This document shows, one piece after another, positions 35,901-43,883 of a stretch of 43,883 bases of DNA. The stretch's first letter is position 1. Each line of letters starts with the position of its first letter. Source of the stretch: Folioceros fuciformis (Eukaryota); NCBI GenBank assembly GCA_049999805.1, contig JBNGIO010006264.1, positions 116,085-159,967 of the forward strand, written 5' to 3'. The position numbers and the translations under genes are program-made. The notes beneath the pieces are model-generated. The model saw only the letters and a program-made list of their open reading frames with translations. It was not told the origin of the DNA and did no database searches.

Positions 35901-37050
35901 AGGAGTACCACGACCAGACACAGTGGTGGAACCACGACCAGATAAGGGGGAAGTTCGCCTGCCAGGTTGAGAAGCCATAGAGACGGACTGCGGAGGCACA
36001 AGACTGGCGCCCGCACCAGAACCTGAAGTAGTTGCAACTTGTGACGGTGAAGGAGCCATGCTCTTCGCAGGTAAGCGTTGTGCGGATGCCCGCTGCGAAA
36101 AGGCCTCCTGAGAAGCACCAAACCTCAATACGCTTGTAGATGATGCACCTGAGGGTTTCGAACGAGCACCAGATTTTTCATCAAGATCCCACACAATGGG
36201 AGAGAACTTACGCTTCTTTGCTGGCGCCGGACCTCCTTCAGATCCTCCTTCCCCTCCACCTTCCTTTCCCTGCATCTGCCGGCCGGAATCGGCCGCAACG
36301 GAGCTCCCTTCCTCTCCTCGACTAGCCTGGTCCCGAGACTCTACAAAATCCATCTGGTTCCTGTCTCCGTCCTCGTTTCTGCTTCCACTAGACAGCTCCC
36401 CGGGCTCCCTCTCCGTGTCCTTGCTCCCCGGCTTGCCTGCCGAAACAGGAGCCCCCGCACCCGGGTGCTCTCTCTCAGAAGGCGTGTCACTCCCTGATGA
36501 CGCTCCGACAGCAGCCATAGCCTGAGCCGCCGTGCCAAGCACCAAACCCCGTTCCTTCACTGGACTCTGCCTCCTTTCCGCCTCCACCTCCGGAAGCCAT
36601 CTCATTGCCCTAGCCCCTTGTTCCCTGTCCTTGTCNNNNNNNNNNNNNNNNNNNNNNNNNNNNNNNNNNNNNNNNNNNNNNNNNNNNNNNNNNNNNNNNN
36701 NNNNNNNNNNNNNNNNNNNNNNNNNNNNNNNNNNNGTCTCGAGCTCCCTTGTCTACATCCCGATCCTTGGAACGATCCCGCTCTTTCGAGTGCTCCTTTT
36801 CCTTCTCCTTCCTGCCCGAGTAGCCATCTCCACTGCCGCCAGCGTGGGACAATGCCCTGTCCCGTTCCGAGCCCAAGGAATTCCGGTCCCGGGTGCTCTC
36901 CCGGTCCCTGTCCCGGTCTCTCTCCCGATCCCTCTCGCGGTCCCTCTCCCGCTCCCTCTCACGCTCCCGCTCTCGGTCCCGATCGCGATCTCGCAGCCCC
37001 CGGCTCCGCGTGCTCGGCAGAGAGGAATTGTGGTGCCGTCCCGCCGCCAT
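32996..37050 (-). CDS. CDKG: Cyclin-dependent kinase G (CDK11-like), 8 exons; exon 1 spans an N gap
   Basis: Exons 37050-35005, 34900-34538, 34430-34302, 34158-34023, 33706-33618, 33524-33413, 33307-33201, 33110-32996. MAAGRH start, RD/RE-rich region, [42 protein letters not shown] (PLTSLRE class), [26 protein letters not shown]-terminal SPDPLEEQ. Confidence 0.95.
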
Positions 37051-38406
37051 GGCGCTCAACCTAGTCGCATCTTGGAGACACCATACAATTTCACAAACCC
37101 GGCCTTCCTGATCCAGAAACACTGGGACATCTACACCTCCGGTGCTGCTCTTCACAGCTCGCTGTGGCGCGGATTACTTAATACAGTACGAGGGAGCTCC
37201 GAAGTTGGGTTCGTCAGTAAAATAAAAGTTTCCTTTCAAACATGTGTGACAAGGTTCGATATCCGGGGCCAGTCTCGGGTGCCCGTTTTGGTGGAAACTG
37301 CGAATGTCATTTCCTTAACCCTAAAAGGACGTATTTGATTTTGTTCAACCCTAAAGGTTGAACCTCATTTTCTGGCCTTCGGATATAGCCACAAGTGTCC
37401 CGGTCGTCTTTGCTGATTTATTTTCATATAAATAAATAATTTTCTGCCTTTTTTATGTGCAGTATATAACATGTTCATACAAATCTGGTTACCATCCAAA
37501 ACGAATACAGTGCACATGTACAGTACGTTCTGTCCAAAGCACCTCGACTCCCCTGATGAGCAGATGCCACCATACCAATTCCGCACCCATCACCCGTTGC
37601 AAACCTCGCGACATGTATCCCCCAACGACGGACTAAGTGCACGGGTGCAGGAATTTCCCAAAAATAGCACAGAGCAAGCAAAACTGACATTCCATCCAAG
37701 GCATTGTCCACACTCTAGTTGAACTAGTTAAAGGCGTTCATGAGATCCACTTGCTTCCTTCTCACAACGCCACGAGGTATTCGGCTGCATCCACCTGCAC
37801 AAAGTTTTACCAGTTGCGTTCTAAAGCGATGGCCCCACAGTGAACAGGCATGAAGCAATTTGCCTCACTCATGTCGCACGTTGGCGACCACCGACTGTCG
37901 GCGGGGGGCATGGAGACAAACGCCTTTCTCACATGCCGCACTTCGCTCGTGGTCGGAGATAGTTTCACCTCTTGCGGCAGAGCGCCATAGCCAGACCCCA
38001 CTTCGTTATAGCAGGGTCCTGCGAATTTCACCCGAAAAGCTCCATTCTGGAGCCGCAGCTGGCACAGGAATTTGAAGGTTTCGCAATTGTACCTGTTCAG
38101 AACGTAGTTAAGATAAGTTGAGCCCTTGTAGTTTAGTTGAGTGCTTCAAAGCAGATCCTCACATCGACACCATAGAGGGACTTCCCGAGTCACCAGTGTC
38201 ACGGATCAGCTCATGGACACCCCTTGCACCACCTGAATTGCACCTGCGCATCATCTCTGCCAAGTTCCTCCTCACCTGGCACAACTTCGCCTTCCGCCTA
38301 TGACCCCGGTCATGATCATCTATATTTTCATCGAAGAAAGACGCCCTGCGAGGAGACCGTGGGTCATACCCTTCTTTCTTCGTTTTGTGAACAAGGTCTA
38401 TCCTCA

Positions 38407-41400
38407 TCAGCGACTGGAGCCCTGCGAGGAGTCCAGACGTGGCACATACCCTTCGTTCTTCATTTTGGGAACAAGATACTTCAATCTTGCATATATGCCA
38501 TCACTCTCGGGATGCTGTATATCCCCAACCACAAAAGTGTGCACCAGGCCGTCCATGTCTGTCCACCAGCTCTGGCCTGGCCGCTTCCATGCCCCAGTTT
38601 CCTTTCTTCGTACATGCATCTGATCTGCCTCCTCCCCCATCTGCGCACCGCTGTAAATGTTTGACATAGATACGTATACTGCAGCATTTGTTCCATCCAG
38701 CTTTACCGCTTCATCAAACGCATGGCGTCCCACCTCTACGTTGCTCCACTTACAACAGGCACCCAACAGAGCATGCCAAACTGCAGCATCAGGCAGCTCA
38801 GGGATTGTCTTTACCATTGCCAGTGCCTCATCGAGTTGGCCTGCTCGACCCAGAAGATCCACCATGCACGTGTAGTGCTCAGTGGTGGGCGTGATGAGAT
38901 AGTCCCTCTTCATAGATTCGAAGTACTCTTGACCGATGTCCACGAGCCCCGCATGACTGCATACTGTAAGAACGCTGAGGAAGGTAATGCCGTTCGGCTG
39001 TATGTAATCCTCTTTCATTCTGCGAAATAAGTCAAGCACCACTTGACTGTCTCCTTGACGGGAGTATCCTGCAATCAGTGCATTCCAGGCAACAACGTCT
39101 CGTTCTAACAAAGCATCAAACGCTTTTTGCGCATCAACCATACTCCCACACTTGGCATACATGTTTATCAAACCAATCGCTACAAATAGGTCAGCTTGGA
39201 GGCCCCGAGTTTCAATCTCTGCATGCACCTGCTTTCCCCAGTGCAGCGCTGCCACACTTGCACAAGTTTGAAGGAGGCACAAAAATGTCACTGCATTGGG
39301 TGCTGGAGTGCCGTCTTCTTGCATAGAACTATAGAGATTAAGGGTTTCCTGACCCATGCCCTGCTGTGAATACCCCGTTATCAAGGCATTCCACGTCACA
39401 ATATCTTTTTGAGCAAGTCTGTCAAACACCCTCTTCGCTTCCAGCAGGCTGCCACACTTTGCGTACATGTTCACCAAACTGTTTGCTACGAACACATCAC
39501 CTTCAAGCCCTTGGTCTTCAATTTCAGCATGAAGCTGCATCCCCTTATCCAAAGCTGAGGCCCCTACGTTTGCACAGGCCTGCAAGAGGCATGCAAATGT
39601 CACAGAATCAGGTGCAGCAACACCGTCTTCCTGCATAGCACAATAAAGATCCAGGGCTTCCTCACCTAATCCTTGCTGCGAATATCCTCCTATCAAAGCA
39701 TTCCACGTCACAACATCTTTTTGAACAAGCCTGTCAAACACGGCATGGGCATCCTCTAGACTTCCACACTTGGCATACATGTTGACCAAACTGCTAGACA
39801 CAAACACATCAGCCAGAAGACCTTGCTCTCCAATCTGGGCATGAAGCTGCCTCCCCTGCTCCAAAGCAGGGGATCCCACAGTTGCACATGCCTGCAGAAG
39901 GCACAGAAATGTCACAGAGTCAGGCGAAGCATTGCCTTCTTGTTGCATAGCAATGTAAAGATCCAAGGCTTTCTGACCCATACCCTGCTGGTGATATCCT
40001 GCTATCATGGCATTCCACGTCACCACGGTCTTGTGATCAAGTCCATCAAATACTCCCTGAGCATCATCTAAACTGCCACACCTTGCATACATGTGAACCA
40101 AACTGCTAGCTACAAATATATCAACATGAAGCCCTCCTCCCCGAATCTCGGCATGAAGCTGCTTACCCTTCTCCAAACATGGAGCACCAACACTTGCACA
40201 GGCCTGCAGGAGGCTCAAGAAGGTTACGGAATCGGGTGCAGTGTTACCCTCCTTTTGCATCTTACTGTAAAGAAGAAGAGCTTCCTGGCCCATGCCCTGC
40301 TGGGAATATGCAGCTATCATGACATTCCATGTCACCACATCTTTCTGGGCAAGTCTGTCAAACACAACCTGAGCATCTTGTAAGCTCCCACACTTGGCAT
40401 ACATGTTTACCAAGCTGTTGGCCACAAACACATCATCTTGAAGGCCCCGTTCTCCAATCTGCACATGAAGGTGCTTCCCTTTCTCCAAAGCCAGGGGACC
40501 CACACTAGCGCATGCCTGCAGGAGGCACACAAATGTCACAGAATTGGGCGAAGCAATGCCTTCTTCTTGCATAGCATCGTACAGATGAAGTGCTTCATGA
40601 CCCTTGCCCTCCTGAGAATAGCCTGAAATCAAAGCCGTCCACGTCACCACGTCTTTCTCACCAAGTTCGTCAAACACGCCCTGGGCATCTTTCAGGCTCC
40701 CACACTTTGCATACATGTCCACCAAGCAACTACAAACAAACAAATCAGAATCCACTCCACTGGCCAGCAAATCAGCATGCACCTGCCGTCCGGTGCCCAA
40801 GTCTCCTGCCCTTGCACAGGCCTGCAGAGCTCCGATAAACACATGCCCATCCGCCTTAACATTCGACCTGCGCATCTCATGATACAGTTTTATGGCCTGC
40901 CTAGCTTGTCCGTGCTTGGCATGCATAGAAATTATGGAAGACCAAGTGAAGGTATCCGGTTTGGCAACCATATTGAATACATCCATAGCTTCCCGCAACC
41001 TGCCATGAGAAGCGTACATCCGCAAGATATGGTTGCACAAGAAGGTATCCGACTCATACCCCTTTTTCACACTCAGATCATGGACACGGCGCCCCAGAAC
41101 CAGGTCCTTCTTAGCCACACATCGTTTGAGAACAGTGTAAAAGAGAGACAGGGATATCCGACAGTTCGTGTGCACCAGGAGACGCAGAGATTCAACAGCC
41201 TCACTGAGATGGCCCTGTTCACAAAGTCTGATCACGGTTTCAGTCGTTACGATTCTTTCGTATCCTGCAGGCCTGCGAGGATCAGGATCATTCTTATCTG
41301 GCAAGAACCATGTGGACTTGGAGGTCAGGCCCCTTTCGGCAAAACCTCTGTTCCCGACTATTTGTCTTTGTCCGCTCCAGAAACGCTCCAGCCGCACATG

Positions 41401-41448
41401 GCCCCGTTGTCTCAACTGCGAATGAAGTGCAACTCGCCAGGTAACCAT
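38407..41448 (-). CDS. PLS-class PPR protein with E1/E2 and a truncated DYW:WW-type domain (organellar RNA-editing factor); intronless
   Basis: About 23 P/L/S motifs (DVVTWNALI.GY, DSVTF.CLLQACA, LVNMYAKCGSL.DA), P2-L2-S2 (HYTCMVDLLGRAG), E1/E2, then KRPGQSWWTDMDGLVHTFVVGD..HP...EGYVPRLD and a stop. First ATG at 41448 (MVTWRVALH, Arg-rich); the frame is open to 41619. Confidence 0.93.
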   Translation of the reverse strand: MVTWRVALHSQLRQRGHVRLERFWSGQRQIVGNRGFAERGLTSKSTWFLPDKNDPDPRRPAGYERIVTTETVIRLCEQGHLSEAVESLRLLVHTNCRISLSLFYTVLKRCVAKKDLVLGRRVHDLSVKKGYESDTFLCNHILRMYASHGRLREAMDVFNMVAKPDTFTWSSIISMHAKHGQARQAIKLYHEMRRSNVKADGHVFIGALQACARAGDLGTGRQVHADLLASGVDSDLFVCSCLVDMYAKCGSLKDAQGVFDELGEKDVVTWTALISGYSQEGKGHEALHLYDAMQEEGIASPNSVTFVCLLQACASVGPLALEKGKHLHVQIGERGLQDDVFVANSLVNMYAKCGSLQDAQVVFDRLAQKDVVTWNVMIAAYSQQGMGQEALLLYSKMQKEGNTAPDSVTFLSLLQACASVGAPCLEKGKQLHAEIRGGGLHVDIFVASSLVHMYARCGSLDDAQGVFDGLDHKTVVTWNAMIAGYHQQGMGQKALDLYIAMQQEGNASPDSVTFLCLLQACATVGSPALEQGRQLHAQIGEQGLLADVFVSSSLVNMYAKCGSLEDAHAVFDRLVQKDVVTWNALIGGYSQQGLGEEALDLYCAMQEDGVAAPDSVTFACLLQACANVGASALDKGMQLHAEIEDQGLEGDVFVANSLVNMYAKCGSLLEAKRVFDRLAQKDIVTWNALITGYSQQGMGQETLNLYSSMQEDGTPAPNAVTFLCLLQTCASVAALHWGKQVHAEIETRGLQADLFVAIGLINMYAKCGSMVDAQKAFDALLERDVVAWNALIAGYSRQGDSQVVLDLFRRMKEDYIQPNGITFLSVLTVCSHAGLVDIGQEYFESMKRDYLITPTTEHYTCMVDLLGRAGQLDEALAMVKTIPELPDAAVWHALLGACCKWSNVEVGRHAFDEAVKLDGTNAAVYVSMSNIYSGAQMGEEADQMHVRRKETGAWKRPGQSWWTDMDGLVHTFVVGDIQHPESDGIYARLKYLVPKMKNEGYVPRLDSSQGSSR

Positions 41449-41656
41449 ATTCCGCACAATCACATGAAGGATCCATGGACCTAGCCCGGAAGTTGGTCTG
41501 ATGAGCCACACGATCCCTCGTTCGTGGCATTGATTCCAGCTCGTTGCGCTGCTTTCAACACTGACGAACGAAGAATCATTGGTTGTTTTCTCCTTCGCAG
41601 GCTGCCGCTCTTTCAGCAAGTTGTGAATTCCTCAAATTTGTAGCAGGGAACATGTA

Positions 41657-43883
41657 CAGTCCACCCTCCCTAAATGTTACCTGTTCGGAGTAGGACATTG
41701 AGTAACATTTAGGAGGTGTAACAATTAGAGAATTCAAGTATTTATCAAAAACTATATATATATATATATATATATATTAAAATATATAAATTATATTTTA
41801 TATTCATTATATAATATACATGAATTATATACTTAATATTATAATACCTTTAAAATAAATAAAAGAAAATTAAACATTAAATTAGCATGTTATTTCTACT
41901 TGTTTAACTTTCTTTAAAACTTTTGTCACAACAGCTCACTCATCATATAGGGACGCACACAAACTGCGTTTCACCATGGCGCAGGTACTAGCAACCTAAT
42001 GGGGCGGAAACAAGAACCTGCAACAAACTATATAAAGGTAGACGTAAGGACAAGTAGAAACATTAAATACTAGACTAACCCAACCATTATCCCATAATTA
42101 GAAAATAACCAGTTAAATATGGGTATATACCCATAAACTAGAATTGTAGGTAGAATGGTCAAAACAGTAACCTAATTGGGTTACCTCCAATAGTTCTTGG
42201 CCTGAACAAGGCTAGGATCTACATGTACACGAGAAACGGGAAGAAAAGATAGTCATTGACTCTTCCGCCCAACTTCTCATGTCCTAAGCATCTAAGGATT
42301 GTTGCAACTTCTCGATTTGTTGCAAATTCCTAATCGTAGACTTCATATTATTTAGTTATTGCTCCAAAAACATGTGTATGATCCCAATTGCATCTTTCAC
42401 TTGAGCATGACCTAAAATAGGCCTTTCTTGATAATATTCTTTAGAAGAATTTTCACCATCGGCAACTTCATTTTCAGGTGGAGGTTGGAAAGAAGCCCAT
42501 ACATTATCTGCATCTGAAGTAGAAAAGATAGCATATGCATTTATCTTCTCATAATCAACAAATTCTTGTGCAAACATAGTAAGGTCAATCCTGTTGTTTC
42601 AAGTCCCAACTCCCTTAACTGACAAAGAAGCAAAGAAGCATTTCTATTTTTGCGTAATCTCTATTTTACAAATCTTCACATATTGCTTGGTTGTCTTGCT
42701 ATTGCTCATCATCACTGCCAGCATTCCATGTCTCAAAACTAAGTTGATTCAAGTATATATCGAACACACTACCACTTGCTTTCTCTTGTCATAACTCAAA
42801 GTGCTTTCAACAATTTCTAATGATTTTCCTTCAACATTGATACGCTAAGCTTTTTTGAACATAGTCACGTCAAGATATTCATCTATAAGAAAAGAATTAC
42901 CATTTTAAATATCTTGGATTTAATGTCGAACGAACCTTTTTCCTATAATTAGCCTTAAAAGACTACATAATGCTTATATCTATGGGTTGGTAACGAGCCG
43001 TAACATTAGAAGGAAAAAAATTCAACCCTTTTAATTTAAAGCGAACTTTGTGTCTCAACTGATAGTTTATGAATATGAGCATTATCCAAAAGAAGCAAGA
43101 CATTAGTACGGCCCCTAACTCTCATGTTTGCATAAAAAAAGAGAATAAATTGCTCAAATGAAGGTATCAATATTCAAGCATTTGAGTTTGCTAACCAATG
43201 AATACCTAGACTCTCCACTTGTCTAATGTTGCGATTAGTTAAGCTGTTGGCCCCAAAAATTTGTTGATTACAAAGTGTGGTAATTTATAACTACCATCCA
43301 TATTGGCTATCAAACCAACATTTAGCCTTTCCTTTAGAGTTTCCTTTCCATTCAGTCTCTTTGTTGCCAATGTTTTGTTTAGTTCCAACCTATAGAATAT
43401 CCTTGTTTGCTCCATATTAAAAATAGTTTGAGGTTCATATTCTTGCATGATACTTTTAATGACTTTCATTCTATCTTAAACTACCTGTGACGTGTTAGCA
43501 CTTGCAACTTCTCCATTCTTTATATAACCCTTAATGTCATGTCAATGTTTAAGCTTTGTCACCCAACCATGAGAAAATGTTAGTGGTTTTTCTAACCTTT
43601 CTGCTTCTGGTAATCTATCATAGAATTGTTATCCTATTTGACACAACATATCGTTAGAGTTAGTGACATTTCCTTCTATCGTCACAAACTATGAAAATAA
43701 AGCATCCTCAACCTTGGAATGAAACGATCCTTACTTTCTTTAGAATTAGCTTTATGATCCTTTTTCAAAATTCATCTTTTTTTTTGAAAATATGACCTAG
43801 GCTCATAGCAAAAATTGGCATGCTGAATTGAAGAAAAGCCCAAGCACTAACCTCTCGATTAATAGCTCTACTATGAGCATCTT
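41657..43883 (-). mobile_element. Degenerate pogo/Tigger-like (Tc1/mariner superfamily) DNA transposon; runs off the right edge
   Basis: Broken minus-strand transposase at ~42300-43883: FSHGWV..LK (CENP-B-type HTH), IFNME.T.IFYR...KERL.V...NMDGS.KLP, LDNAH, FFPSNVTARYQPID...SFKANYR (DDE_1). Terminus TA|CAGTCCACCCTCCCTAAATGTTAC at 41657 has a subterminal inverted copy (cctaaatgttac 41669-80 / gtaacatttagg 41702-13). Confidence 0.8.
41753..41777. repeat. (TA)n microsatellite in an AT-rich tract
   Basis: ~12 TA units. Confidence 0.9.

Noticed and set aside
38407..38600. DYW:KP-type (U-to-C) editing factor
   Set aside because: The box is PGQSWW (WW type), not the KPAxA-type box, and no catalytic region is present.
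41449..41619. N-terminal extension of the PPR ORF to 1070 aa
   Set aside because: The ORF-track start is a non-ATG codon; the first ATG is at 41448 and gives a plausible targeting peptide.

Overview
Gene-dense eukaryotic nuclear DNA from a land plant, with short GT-AG introns (mostly ~80-200 nt) and three 100-N placeholder gaps. A PPR protein with a 'PGQSWW' (DYW:WW-type) box and the compact gene structure point to a seed-free plant, most plausibly a hornwort (inference). Apparently intact genes, left to right: exon 1 of cytosolic glutamine synthetase (runs off the left edge), a 19-exon aconitase, molybdopterin synthase small subunit (CNX7), organellar ribosomal protein bL25, a POB1/LRB-like BTB-BACK protein, chloroplast NFU2/3, RPL13A, V-ATPase subunit e (absent from the ORF track), CDKG, and a PLS-class PPR editing factor whose deaminase domain is truncated. 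Decayed sequences: an IDN2/FDM-like (zf-XS/XS/coiled-coil/XH) RdDM gene with frameshifts, internal duplications and a Ty1/copia insertion near its 3' end; a MAP1A pseudogene; a CRE-like non-LTR retrotransposon remnant; and a pogo-like DNA transposon. I found no convincingly new multi-gene system. The best leads are the truncated DYW:WW editing factor, the transposon-disrupted RdDM gene, and a possible dual-start aconitase. All calls are by-eye translation and motif recognition; no searches were run.
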